A DNA stretch of 64,000 nucleotides, from positions 310,001 through 374,000 of the forward strand of contig RSEE01000038.1 of NCBI GenBank assembly GCA_003971905.1, written 5' to 3'. The position numbers were made by a program, and so were the translations under genes. Under the pieces are notes generated by a model that worked only from the letters and a program-made list of their open reading frames with translations, searched no databases and was not told the origin of the DNA. This document shows, piece by piece, positions 51,205 to 64,000 of this stretch (the stretch's first letter is position 1; each line of letters opens with the position of its first letter). Origin of the DNA: Moniliella sp. 'wahieum'. Lineage: Eukaryota.

Positions 51205-54200
51205 AGATCTGAGATCTGAAGGAGGTGTAGGTAGAACGGGGGAGCTCGGGGTTGCACGTTGACCGAGTTGAACCTCAGTGCTCAGAATGGTACGGGTTGC
51301 ACTGGGGAGGGAGCAAGCTAGTCAAGGACCTTGATTGTGGAGCCAAAGTTTGAACGCCCTAGAGCCTTCTAAGCGATGCTAAGCTGCGCAGATTCAATCA
51401 GCAACCGTGGGGATCTTCGATAAAGTACTACGTGTCGAGGTCCTGCACAGAAAGACAGCCAAAGCCAAAGCCAGGCAAGACTGTCACCATGTCAACGGAG
51501 CAGATCATACGTACCGAAGATACTCGCGCGACAGAGGCGACCGGCAGATGGACGGCAAAGAGGAACACCCGGTGACCTGGTGATGAGGGTGGGGGGGCGC
51601 GCACACCGATTGGATTCGGTGCCTTGTGAGCTGAGGTGAACGGTGGACGCAGAGCGGCGCACTGGACGTTCGTTGAACGTGGTTGAGCGCGTACGTTGAG
51701 CGCTGAGCGACGGGACGAGGCAGTAGCACTCGGTGGGGCAAGGGTAGATCGGGGAGCTGTCACAAGGCTGGAACCGGCTGGAACTGGTGCGAGGCGGAGG
51801 GCAGGGGGACGGGGGGAGTGGAGGCGAGAGGGAGGTGATGTGAATGCAGACGACGACGATGGATCGATGATGGTGTCTGGACTGGCCGACGTGCACCGCA
51901 GCGACGCAGGAGGCCGTGCGAGGATGGCTGTCGGCCCTGAACGTCTGAACGATCTGAACGTTGAACGTTGAACGTTTAAAATGCGCTGGCTGCGGGCGGT
52001 GGCGTGTCGCCGGTGTCCGGTGGTCGGTAGGGTTACCCAGGTCGCGTGGCGCGTGGCAGGGCTGTACGTTTTATGAGGCGTCAATCAATTGATTCACAGA
52101 AACGGAGGTCAAAGGCCGGTCACCTGTCACGCGTCATCGGTCACTAGGTCACTGAGTCGCTTGCCACTTCTTGTCACATGTCACACCTGTCCCGTAGCAT
52201 CTGATCAGTTTTTTTTAGCTTCACTACATCACATGCAACCACTGGGACAAGCGTCCCGTGTCCGTCGTCTGGACAGCCTGGCAGCTGGACTCGCGATGCT
52301 ATAGTGAACTTTCGTTGAACTCAGAGACTCACCTATCGCTTGGGCCCCCTCAGATCTCAGTGAGATCTGAGGCTCAGACCTCATGCATTGCCCATGTGCG
52401 CATTCTCATTCACGCGTCATTAATTCGTCATCCATCGATCCTCCAAGAACGTTCGCGGTTATCGAAGAGCCGTCCTATAGTCATTTTTTCCTTTTGGCCT
52501 GCTTCTGCTTTCTTGCATCTCTGGTATCCCCTCAGCGCTGAGGCTTAGCGCTCAGCACCCTCAGGCCTCAGCTCTTATACAAGGACAAGGAAACGTTTCT
52601 TGCATGCATGTCCATCCAGAAGCCAAGTTGTGTCAGGCCAAAAGAGTGTCCTCTTCTCCATAGACTCCATCTCCTATTATCGATTATCTCTCGCATCTCA
52701 GATCTCAAATCTCATCGTTCTCGAGCTCTCGATCTCAAGCTTCAAGACTTTGGATAATCCGCATTGCAATGGATTTCAGCTTAAGTGTCAAGGCCAAAGG
52801 GGGCTCGCGGGCCGGGAGCGCGGCACAACTACTATACGACGGCCCGGTATACGTAACCTTTTGGTGTCCTGTCTTTAGCGCATGTTAGACGTTAGCGAGA
52901 CACCCGGTAACATCCCGAACACGTCGCCTCAGGTCACCGGTGTCACTAGCTTCACCAAGCAAACAACCAGTAGAGCTGCTGTCATTCACCGTGTGTGACT
53001 GCAAATAGGCCAACCGTTTCACGGAATTAATGTGCGCGGCGTCACATGCTTACCTCCGGGGGTGTGCAACGCTGTGGTGACTACAGTAAGTATTAGCGAA
53101 AATAGATACATGGAGGGAGTCATGAGTACCATGGATGCATGAGTACTGAGTACCTGAGTACTTAGCGTACTTAGCACTGAGTTTCACTTTGCCAAGCTGC
53201 CAAGCTCTCTTGAATTAAGTATTGGCGCACCGACTGACACATATGCGAGTGACATTGATGCATATATTGATGGGCGAGTCCGGACAGTGAGGCCGAAGGT
53301 TATGCGCGCGTGCCCATACTGGCAGTGTGAGGTGTATCCTATCCAGAGGCTGTTGTTTCGGGTCAGTACTCAGTCTGAGTACTCAGTAAAGCACAGGTGC
53401 ATCCTGCAAAAGAAGAAACGGCTATAGTACATTTCCTGAACCCATGAGGTATCTCACTCTTTTTGAGGTATTCGCCCTCACGCATTTGGCGCACACACCA
53501 CACCGTCCGTCACATATTCACATGTCACACTGGTAAACCACAGCTCAGCACCGTCGTCCAATCAGACAAGACATCCATGGCTCGAGGCCTTGTCGAAGAA
53601 GGGAAGACATGTCATGATGACATGCCACCCCCACCGCCAAAAAGCGGCGTATGGGAGCGTGCGCGAGCATGCGACTCAGCATTGGCTCCTATACGTGCGT
53701 TCTCTTACAATATACCAAGAAGCAAAAGTCTTTATATCGGCGCAGCCAGCCCCGTCACGTGCAGGTGGGGAGCATAGGGTTGCAACTTTTTGGTGGGTCC
53801 TGCCATATGGTAATAGAAGATCTGTTTTCTTTTCGCACCGTGTAGCATTCTCACAACTCACAGTAGATCTTAGAACTGGACGATATCTGCGTTCTAGTAT
53901 GGATTGTGCTCAGAAAACTTAGCTACCACAATTGTCGTCAACAGAAGCTTCCAATGTAATTACGATTCCCTATATACACGTGTAGACCCGCCCTCCACAC
54001 GATACTGGCCTTACAGTGCTACTGTCGCTAGCAGATTCAGACGGGTATTACAGATGATGAGCAATGACGCGGACGTCTCTGTATAAGCGCCGCTAATGAG
54101 GACTAATGATGTGTACTAATGTGTAATGGCGCTAGTGACAGGTGACGATTCCATTATGCACGCGCATGATGGACCCGCGACCCTCCTCTCCCCGTACGTA

Positions 54201-55958
54201 GGCCAACAGGCGTCTTATCACCTTTTGCCTCCCCTTATTTGTCCTCGGAAGCCACCACATATATACTCTTCGGCTTGATCGAACCCTTGTCTCTTCCAAC
54301 AGAAGTAATATATGGCAAAAGGATTAGATCTCAGGCTGAGACATCACAGTTGAATCAACAGTAAGACTGGTAAGACTCGATCTGTTATATAAACGAAGGT
54401 GGTTCAGCGTGTTTCTCTCGGGGGTGGGGCATGGTGCATATATATGGTCGTCGTTAGCACCAAAATTACCCAGCGCAGCTCCAAGTGCCAAGGTTTGTGT
54501 GTGGGAGAAGATCAGACAATCCGCGGCACTCACCCGTGCTCATATTCTGAACCGTGAATAATAAGAGAGACACTTACGGGCTCGGCGGTCCTACACTAAG
54601 AAGCCCCTCGTGCATCACTAAGAATGACATCAACGTTTGTCTGTGTCTATATACATACACTCTGTGGCGCACTGATGGATTGCTGCGTACTGAGTGATTG
54701 CGGCCACAATAGGTCCTTGAAGCTTGATTATTCGGGACAGGGCGTGAGCGTCTTCAGCAAAGGCGCTGCAAGAGAAAAGTAGTAGTGGCCGAGTGCATTG
54801 TTAAGGCTAACCGCTTCTACCAGTTGTGGTTCTCACTAATAGTGAGGAGGTTGTTCAATGATTAATGACCACTGTGCGGGTCTCTTTTCTTTTGGCGCTT
54901 GCTTAATTGGTGCAAACACTTGGTCACCTATACGAATTTCCTCTTCCATCGACAGCTTGATCGCTCTGTCTTCGTCTTCACGCCCAAGGCGGTGAACTGT
55001 GACGGTCCTAATTCTCAGCTCTGAGAAGCTCTGAGAGAGCTCAGTGAGCGCTCAGTAGTATTGAATCCCCATTATACTATCGCAACCATGCATGTACGAC
55101 TATTCGGTGGTATGTTTGCATATCCAACTTGATTAATGCTTCCAAGATGGCGAGGGAGCTGCAGAATGAGCAAGTATATAATGCACGATGCCTCTCTCAT
55201 GATGCATGCACATTACTGATGATCGAGATGTCTATGATCGATGGCCAAAGTGCACAGCGCAGAGATCCAAACCAGCATCGTGTGGTCAAATGATTAATGC
55301 TTGCATATGTCATTTGCAGTACGGCTTAAGGCTGAGACAAACAACGCTGCGCCCCATCGGGATCGCTCATCTTCCGGCGTGTGCGGCTTGCTGGTGCCAG
55401 CCCACTTTTGATGTAGGAGACCAGTGGAGACTTGACTCCCATCACTTTTGCTTCCAATCGGATGTAGCGCAGACGAATATGAGCGCGGCAGACGTGGGAG
55501 CGATGTCGATGAACCAAGAGATGTATGGTGCATGGTACACGATTATGGTCTCGATCGATCGCGCGAGCATAGGAGACACGCTGGCATTATCACGGTCAAC
55601 GGCTTTTATTGGTACAACAAGCATCATGCATCATGTATCAGCACATCGGAAGCATGCATCTTTGCAACTCAAAACTCTCCGATCCAGCAATCTCAGGATC
55701 TCAGGGCATATTGATCGAGATCATGACAATCGATGACGATGACTAGTACACCAGTGACTTCACTTGTAACTTGGTGACTTTGTGACTTCAAAGCTTCTAG
55801 GCGTCTAGCTTCAGGCCCTGGAGCTTGGCCCTGGTCCGAGTCCGGGGGATTCACAGACACCTTGAGTTTTGGCTCTGTCAACATAGGGCCCTCCGAGAAA
55901 TAGCGAATAGGAACCGTCACAAAGGCTTTGGTCTCTTACGATGCCATGCATGATGCAT
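51205..55958. repeat. Long divergent intergenic region (PNC1 to bZIP) rich in 7-bp-period palindromic hexamer tandems
   Basis: AGATCT-G-AGATCT (51205), (AACGTT-G)x3 (51957), ATGCAT-G-AGTACT-G-AGTACC (53135), ATGCAT-G-ATGCAT (55946). Confidence 0.8.
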
Positions 55959-56263
55959 AATATATGGCCATCTCGATGACCAGTCGATGGCCCTCCAAAG
56001 AGGGTTTTGTTTCACTCAGGGATAAGGGATGCGCAGCTCCATGGGTCTTGACAGCCGAGTGTGACGGATCTTTCAGGCGGGGTGGCGTAACGCTAGCAAA
56101 CGCACCCGTTCGCAGCAGTATAGAAATATATATAAACCCCCCACCCACGAACCCTGATGGCAGAAACAAACACTTTCCTCCCCCCCTCCCCCACCAGCTC
56201 CCACCACGAACAGCCTGTGAGAGAGTTGAAACTCACCGACTATATACTCTCGGCCGGTTCATC

Positions 56264-57180
56264 ATGGCTACCACTGCCTTCACTGGGTCTTACCACCCCC
56301 CTGTCCCTACGCAAGAATGGTTGGATTCACCTGCATTTTCTTACTCGATCTACTCATTCCTTTCGACCGACGACGGAACCTCCACCCTCAGCCAGCAGGG
56401 AAAAGCGTTTGTCTCTAACGATTCCCGGCCAATACCACTTTCCTCGAACTCGACTTTCTCTCGACCAACGTATCATAAGACCATTAAGGCTCTCCCGCGT
56501 TGCAACACCAATGCGACAGCGACATCCTGGCGTAGAGGCCAGAGACGATCGGACGGCTCGATTTCCCTTCGTAGACGGGAACAGAACCGTCGGGCGCAAT
56601 CCAGATTCAGGGCTAAGCGCAGAGCGAGTCGTGGACAAGCAACTGGCAAGAAATACAAAGTGGAGGAAGGAAGCATCGATGAGCCCCATCCTGTTGCGGT
56701 CGAAGTTCCTTCTTTTCCGTGGAGCCTGCCTCTCCTTCATCAGCCTCGCTTCGATCCTCGCATTGTATCTCCTTAGAGCCTTCACCTCCGCCCTGCCAGC
56801 AAGTCTCATCCCTCCTTACTACCCCTCCAATGATTCCCCTAAGCTCATGGCCGTCTCTCAGTCCACCCACGCAGACGACTGCGCCTGTCCCCTCGTTCAT
56901 CGCACCTCCTACCTGTCCACCATTGCCTCAGCAAGGTCCTAACTCTCTGGTCGACCCGGGCCCGATGCTGTCAGCTCCAACGCCCTACTACGCATCTCAC
57001 GAAACTATGTTTACTCCTGCAATGCCCGCCTTGCCAGAAGCATTCTCTAGCTCAACACCAACGTCCAGCTGTGGACTCACTGTGCCTGCCATGTCTATTC
57101 CACCTTCTGGGTCACACACTTCCCTCAAGATGGACTATATGGCCGACATGCTGTACAGATGGCCTAATACGACACATTAG
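56264..57180 (+). CDS. bZIP-basic-region protein lacking an obvious leucine zipper
   Basis: MATTAFTGSYHPP...SLRRREQNRRAQSRFRAKRR, then a Pro/Ser-rich C-terminus through a frameshift into ORF 56719-57180. A TATATAAA element lies at about 56128-56137. Confidence 0.7.
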
Positions 57181-58003
57181 CGCTGTCGACTTGTTCTTCT
57201 TACGCGTTTGTTGGCCTCACTCCTCAGTACCTCAAGACTCTTTCGTCATTAATCATGTTGCAACAAGTATAAATTTAGTGCTTTGATCTTTCTTGTCATT
57301 GCATGGTCGGATCCTTTTTCGTTAGCAGCTTCTTTTCTAGTACTAGTGACTCCGTTAGTGGGCTTCCGGGCCTTTTGTTGCTATGTAATCACTAATACGC
57401 ACCTTTTGTATACTTAGGATCGGGTGTATGTTGGAACACGTTCAGCAGGGGGAAGGAACCGTCAAAGGCTAGCTCCACGGTATATTCTGGAGCATGATAG
57501 GAGAGTGGCGTGCAAGGGAGGAAATCAAGGGCAGTGAGAGTTTCAGCCCCATCCGACCTCCTGGACGCGTGATGGCAGGCAACGAGGCGATGAAGAGCAA
57601 ACATGGTCCAGGGCCTCTTGTCGCTGCTGCATGGGCGGTTTGGGCCCGGCCAAAATACCACCCCCCCACCATCTCAACCAGTGTGATCCAAAGGGAAACC
57701 ACGGGTGCCGGAGGCCGGGCTGGGGTGATGATGACCACAATTGTTACCCCCGGGGGAGAGGGTAGGATTACCGTGAATTGTATTGGCTGAGTTGGACAGA
57801 CCCAGGAGGCGAGAACGAGGGTCTAAGGGGCTTGCGCTGTTATGGAGTTTGGTAGTATCACACCGATTCCCGTGGCGCGTTTTGACGATCTAAATCTCGT
57901 CATCATCCTCCGACAACAGACAAACAGTTGCTGCTCCGACATCCCCACACTTTGGCATTCCCGTGCCCCATCCTCGCTCAGATGAAGGGGGGGTTGGTGG
58001 TGG

Positions 58004-58610
58004 TCAGGATAATCCAAAGATATCAGTTTTGATTGTAGCCGTGTAAGCCACGGCGCCCTCCTCAGTTGCGGTATCCAACCGGTCGGAGAAGGCTAAGAGG
58101 GCGAGGACTTCACATTCGCTCGGGGTCAAAGCCCCCCAAGGTGTACTAGGCGGAAGAAGACGGGGGCGATGAGAGCAACGATCGTCCAGATGAGGACATG
58201 AGCGACCGTTCTGGCTGCTGCACACGGTGTGGGCCGGATAGCTGTCTCAGCGATAGTACTATAGATGAGATCAAATTGGCCATCAATCGCAACGGTTGCC
58301 ACATGTTGATGGTCGAGGAGGGCCCGCTGTTCCGGAGACAGAGCCAGGGAAATGCTGGTCTCAGCAACCACTCCACCGGGAATGGTACCCGGAATCCTCA
58401 TGACAGGGTCCAATTCCAACTCGTATGAGTCAGTAGGGCTGTCGGTGTACCAGGCGGGAAGGTGGGCTGTCCTTTTGGCTACAGGCCAGATTCAAAGCCG
58501 ACCACATCGTCCCAGGACATCTCGTCCCAGGCCAACGATGAATCTGTTGTTGTACCGTGGAGGCCGACATCTCCCGATAGCGTGTGCATGTGGCATGCTC
58601 CATCCGCCAT
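58004..58610 (-). CDS. Possible small orphan protein with one hydrophobic segment
   Basis: ORF fragments 58479-58691, 58126-58419 and 58004-58225 join into a protein-like sequence including VAHVLIWTIVALIAPVFFRLV. No family was recognised. Confidence 0.3.
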
Positions 58611-58959
58611 CGCAGGGGGCAGGGACGCAGAAGAGGAGGGGAAGTGGGGGCTGGAGGGTCTGGTCGATGGAAGAGCTTCCGGCACAGTCAATATTCAATC
58701 CACAGGACAGCCACAGCCCTCCGTTGGAGTGCAGTGGATCAAGTTGATCCACTTTGAAATTTGAATGTTGAACGTTGATGCATTATGACGATCTTCACTT
58801 CACCTCCCTCTCGCCAGATGATACCACCGACTTCTGGTTGGATGGTTCTCCTTGTGCATGAGAGTAGCCAACGTTGAGTCTCCCCTCTGTCGACTCTCCC
58901 CCTTCTTCAGAGGTCAAGTTACCTTAAATTATCGAATGAAGTCGTCGCTATCTCGTCCT

Positions 58960-61900
58960 TTATCGATCCTTTATATTATAGCTCAGAGGGCCCACCAAAG
59001 TGCATGGGGCACGGAGGTGCGGGTGGGTTAGAGAGTATATGATTGATGCATCTCTATGGATCCGAACATGTACGACCGAGTGCAACAAGTCACCAGCGTC
59101 AGCGTTGCTGGTGACCAGGCCTGTGCGGATCCGATGGGCCCAGAGTATCCTCACTGTTGCCCACGTCCATGGCTGAAACCCAATCATCATCCGGGTCGGG
59201 GGCAGAGGTCGAGGCCGAGCCGGTGAGTGAGGCGCGGGGTTATCATGCGGCGAGGCCTCGTCGTCGTCGTCGTCATCGTCATCGTCATTGTGGGCGGTAT
59301 CTTGGGTTTGCCACATCTGGTATGCCGAAGAAGAAAGGCCGGGTCCATCTTGGAGCGGAACGTGCACCGTGTCGCCATCATGAGCAGAATCAGCGTCCAA
59401 CGCCGTCAGGCCGTAGAGATGTTCAGCCGAAAGTTGGCCAAAGTTGGACAATCCCATCTCGTGAGAGTGGTCCTCATCGCTCTCGTGGGGTGATGGCGGG
59501 CGGTGCGGACCCCCATCAGCAGGGCCCAAGACAAGCGCCCGACGCGGCGGTTCATCCTCTTTCGCATCCGCCTCCTGACGTGAACACATCGGCGCAGTTC
59601 CCACCAAATGAGGTAAGGCAAGCGCCACCACCTGCCGTACTTGTTGACTCTTGTCCTGCGCCAACGATTGACACAGCATCGTCAGTTCTTCAGGCCTGCC
59701 TTCGGGAGCAGGGTAGTAGAACGAGTCCACTCCGCACAGCTGGGCCATCACACGAGCGAGGCTGATCCGCACATCCACCACTTTGTCTTCCCTGCCCATT
59801 CGCAAGAGACGAGGCAAGAAAATGGAGGTGACCAGGGAGGCAGGCAAATGAGCTTCCAGCAAGGCTTGCAACGCAGAGAGGAACGAAAGACGATGCCGGT
59901 ATCGCTCTGAGTCAGCCATATCGCTGACCATGCCCAAAAAGCCATCGGCCAAAACGGGATCGCTCTCGTTGAACGTATTGTAAAGCACCGGTACCGCACG
60001 AGCGCCAACTGTGCGCACCGAGGCTACCGAATCTGATAGAGCCAGTTGGGTAAGGGCAACCAAGTTGCCCTCCTCGTCGGATAGAAGGAACTTGGGGGCC
60101 AAAGCGGGCACCAGCTCCGCCAATCGTTCCCTCACCCGCCAGTCGCGAGCGAAGACACCCGTCCAAGCTTCCTTGAGGAGACGGAGTTTGGCCTCGGCGT
60201 CTGCCGAAGGGGCGTGGATCAAGAGTTGGTCCACGTGTTCGATCGCGGCCGAGCGTACCTCAGCATCGTCCCACAGTACAAACATGTCGAATAAGGGTAA
60301 TAGGTCCTTCCCGGTATTCTCCGAGCCAATGATCTTGGCCAGCTCGTGGAGTGATGCGGCCAAAGAGCGACGGGCCTTGATGTTGGCATCTTGGGCCAGC
60401 TCGGCATGCATACGGCACAAATCGGGCCAGGCAGCCTTGCCCAGTGTGAGAACGACGGCAGGGAAGTTAAAAGCGCAGACCAAAGGCCGTTCCAGGCTGA
60501 GTGCAGCCGCATTCAGGTCCCATCCCTCGTCCATGGTGAACGCATTGGCCATCGTGCCCGCATCCATGGGTTCATCATCGCCCGGACTACCAATGGGGGG
60601 CGCCGGATCAGGGGTCTCGAGATCAAAGGGTTCCCCCTTGAAGTACCGAACCAGCTCAGGCGGCGGTCCATCAGGCGTGTCATGGAAAAGGTAGATGAGC
60701 TCGCCCATAACCTCCAGGACGGTGGAACGAACTTGGCGCGAGACGTCTTGAGACAGAGAACGAAGCGATGCGACGACCTTGGTTCTTCTTACCTCCAGGT
60801 CCCTCACCTGAGCAAACAGAGTAGGTATGGCGAGACATGCGCCTTGGCGGACATGCCAAATACCGTCGTGCTGGAGGAGATCAAAGGTCTCCAGCAAGAC
60901 CTGCTCAATGTGGGACCGGCAACGTTCCGCTTCGGACCCCGAAACTTGCTCCTGCGTCGTGGAGCTAGGCTTGGGCACGACAGGTTCGCCCAGAGCCTTG
61001 GCTACTGCCGAAACGAGCAGGGCAACCTCCTTGCGGACAAAATACGCTGGGTCGGTCCTCAATCGGACAATCTCAGGAACGATGAGTGTCTCAAGCGAGT
61101 GGAGGCTGAAAATTTTGGCGCTTACCAGCGCGCTCAACAGACTCACGGACGACATGCGCCCCACCGTCGCTTCAGTGTTGGTGTCAATCACAACCTCGGA
61201 CATGTGGTCCGAATCGGCCTCATCCATCACTTGATCATGGAGGGATGAAACACCGCCAAGTGAGATGGGGGCACTCGCCTCGCCCTCTTCCAGTTGGGAA
61301 TCCACCTTGTCCGCCTCGTCCTGCTGCCCATCTTGGAGGGGAGACTCAATGTCCATTGCATCTTCCTCAGCCTCCGCATCGGCGTGAGGAGACATATCCA
61401 CATCCTCCTGGGCACCCACGTCCGATTCCAAGTTCGATCCTTGGAGTGGAGTACGTGCAGGCAAAGCCGGGGCCGCCCTCTCTTGCTGGTGCGTTGCACC
61501 TTGCTGCTCCGCCGTGACAGGCAAGTCAACGTACCTTGGCATCTCCCAAGACCCAGGCAAGGGTCCTTCGGGCCCATCGAATCCACTTGACGCATCCGCG
61601 TCTGCATGAAGACGGCCAATCGCAAATACCACGTTCTCCATCAACTCGTCCTCAATCGCTTGACGGGCAGTGCGGCCAAACTCGTACGTCTCTGCTTGGA
61701 TTGGGTCCCCTTCGCGGTCCAAAAGCGAGGTAACCAAATCGGCATCGTCTGTCACAGCGCAGGAGGCCATGTCAAGCGCATCTAGGTGGGGAGGGTGTCC
61801 TGTCCGAGGCGGGACCGCCAGGCTTGTATGCGGGCAGGAGGGGCTCCTCTTCGGCCCCTTCTTCCCCCGATGCGGAGCGCAGCGGGGAAAGTGCCGAGCC

Positions 61901-64000
61901 AGGAGGACCGACGTGCAGACGGGCCATAAACTGCTTGAGCGCATACTGCGCTGCATCAGCGACAATCGAGTGCTGGCTCAGCAGCAAGGCGCAGAGAAGA
62001 GGGGTGAACGCTGCCACATGGATGCGTGGGCGGTTCGCCGTCTCAGGGAGGCCTTCCGACGGAGGGGCAGACGAAGGGCGCTTGAGCATCGGAACAGCCC
62101 CCTCTTCGTCCTTGGAGGCCCTTCTGCGCCAACGTTGCCATGAGACAAGTCTTCTGTCTCCAGCTCGACAAGAGGGCAGTTGCGGAAAAAGTACCACATG
62201 ATCAAATGGAGATTAGGCACAAATGCCGTAGACACCTCAAGTTCTGAAAGAGGCAAGGAAGAGGTTAGCAGGCACAGCGCCAAGAAAGGGAAAACGTACC
62301 ATCGGTGCCAAGACTGTTGACCAGGGGGAAAATGCATTCGACAGCAAGGGGGAGTTCAATGTCAAACAGCCACTCGTACAGACACCGGGCCGCCAGAACG
62401 CGGTGGTAGGTCATGTCCGACTTGGCATACATGAAGATGCGCTCGAGCGGGCTTAAGTTGCCATCGTCAAACTGGCCACCATCTTCATGGATCTCCTGGT
62501 CGTCATCTCCTTCGTCAAGTGCGTCAGGCGGGGAAGGCATATCCCCGTCGCCATGGAAATCTTCCTCCTCGGGCGTGCTCTCGGCATCGGCTTGGTTCAC
62601 ATTATCGTCCCCGTTAAAGAGAAGGGCAGGGTTGAACTGTAAAAAGGCACGCGAACCACGCTTGGACCGACGTTGGTACGCTCGTTCCAGGTCTTCGTAA
62701 TCTTGCTCGGCCGTGGCCGGGTCATCGGCTAGAACATCCGTCTCGTTGGAGGGGGGTTCGTCGGCATTGGAGTACTGGTGGCGCGACATGCGAAGATGCT
62801 GGGTCAAACGGGTCGTGTCGGGGTCATCGTCGTCCTCCATCACAGCCCGCACACGCGGGCAAGAGCGTGGCGCTGCCGCCGCTCTTGATCGGGAAGCTGA
62901 TCAAACCCATCGTCTTCCCCGCCACTTTCTCCATCTGCATCCGACACCTCTTGCTCGTCATCCGTGTTGCCACCGACGCTGCCTCGGCCTGAGCCAACAG
63001 AGGCGGAGTCGTCCGACTCGGACCCCACGTCGTCCGGATCGTCACTCAATTCATACCCCGAACGCGGGGGCATCCCGATAAAGCTGCGCTTCTTGGGAGG
63101 AGACTGGGACATTTCCCCCGGACTCGTCCCTGTTGCATTCGGAAAAGTGGACGCAACGGACGAAGGGGATCCAGGGTGAGCGCTGGAATCGACAACTCCA
63201 GGAGGAAAGGCAACAGGGGAGCTATTTCCGGCAAACACCCCAAGTGCTGCATCCGTCGTCACGCGCATCCCAGCCAATCGAGGGGAGGACAGGGTTGCTG
63301 GTGCGCCACCGCTAGCAGCATAGATCCGAGCGGCACTCAGTCCAGGGCTGGCAGGAGAGCGGAGAAGGACAGGAGAGCTAGAGAGCCGGGCATCGGGGTT
63401 GGGCGTCAAAGCCGAAGGGGAGAGGGAGGGTGTGAGGCCAACCGAACCGGGGCTGAAAGCAGAATGAGGGAGACCATGTGCTTGCCCTGCCCGCTCATGA
63501 TGAGGAATGAAAATGGGAGCAGCGGGATGGGATTGCTGACGCGGGGAAGAGCCGTACGCATCGCTAGCATCGTAGCTCGACCGAGGGGGGACCCTCCAAA
63601 TTGGCAAAGGCGGTGGCTTGGGCTGGAGGAAGCCGGCCTGGTCCGTCGAGGGAGGACCCACTGGAAGCAGAGGTACTACTATTGGCGGAACTTCCTGAGC
63701 CAGACCGGGGCCGACGCGCGGAAGTGCGTCGGACCAACGCTCCAATGGCGGAAAGCTCACTTGAGTCTTGACCGACGCGAAGGGGAGAGCCAGAGATGGC
63801 AACTGGCTGCTGCCGAGGCGAGCGACGAGAGCAGCGGACGGCCATATCGGGAGAACGGCTAGCCCGACGAGCCAAGGGAACTGCAGAGGGTGATAACCTA
63901 ACGGGAGGCGTACTGGGCCGCCCTTGGCGGCCAGAGCTAGTGGTGTGGTCACTAGAGGAAGAGCGGCGACTGGAAGTGGGAGAGTGGACGGCGTTCTCCG
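58960..64000 (-). CDS. Serine/threonine-protein phosphatase 4 regulatory subunit 1-like HEAT-repeat protein; 5' end lies beyond the window
   Basis: LSPLERIFMYAKSDMTYHRV...IFPLVNSLGTD, intron 62244-62299, AFVPNLHLIMWYFF, FTPLLCALLL, DPAYFVRKEVA, DGIWHVRQGAC, VCAFNFPAVVLTLGKAAW, KARRSLAASLHELAKIIG, DWRVRERLA, DSVASVR, DKVVDVRISLAR. Confidence 0.88.

Noticed and set aside
55964..56100. GSFRRGG peptide resembling a tyrosine-recombinase motif
   Set aside because: It is an isolated 7-mer lacking the His and other catalytic motifs, and it lies upstream of the TATA element and likely ATG of the bZIP gene.

Overview
Eukaryotic, GC-rich fungal DNA, most likely a basidiomycete. The few short GTACGT...YAG introns and the gene set are compatible with Ustilaginomycotina, but the taxon cannot be fixed from sequence alone. 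Almost every gene, including the highly conserved ARF1 and RAD54, is broken by 1-bp indels, so this looks like an unpolished long-read assembly. Gene models were therefore stitched across frames by eye and their boundaries are approximate. Recognisable genes, in order: RAD54 (5' part), a flavodoxin-like quinone reductase, a Yap/HapX-like bZIP factor, ARF1, a VAP/Scs2, NDUFA4/MLRQ, a large coiled-coil protein with a retrotransposon-Gag-like segment, a free-standing ErdS-type DUF2156 aminoacyl-tRNA transferase, a TBC Rab-GAP, tubulin cofactor E, a C2H2 zinc-finger protein, an amino-acid permease, an Ant1-like carrier, nicotinamidase, a zipper-less bZIP, and a PP4R1-like HEAT protein running off the right end. 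Mobile DNA comprises two decayed CRE-clade non-LTR retrotransposons and a decayed MITE-like element. The most notable observations are (1) a pervasive intergenic 7-bp-period pattern of A-[4-bp palindrome]-T-N units with at least ten different cores, (2) a possible domesticated Gag capsid domain, (3) a stand-alone ErdS-like tRNA-dependent transferase without AspRS, and (4) a bZIP with a variant iron-sensing-type Cys motif.
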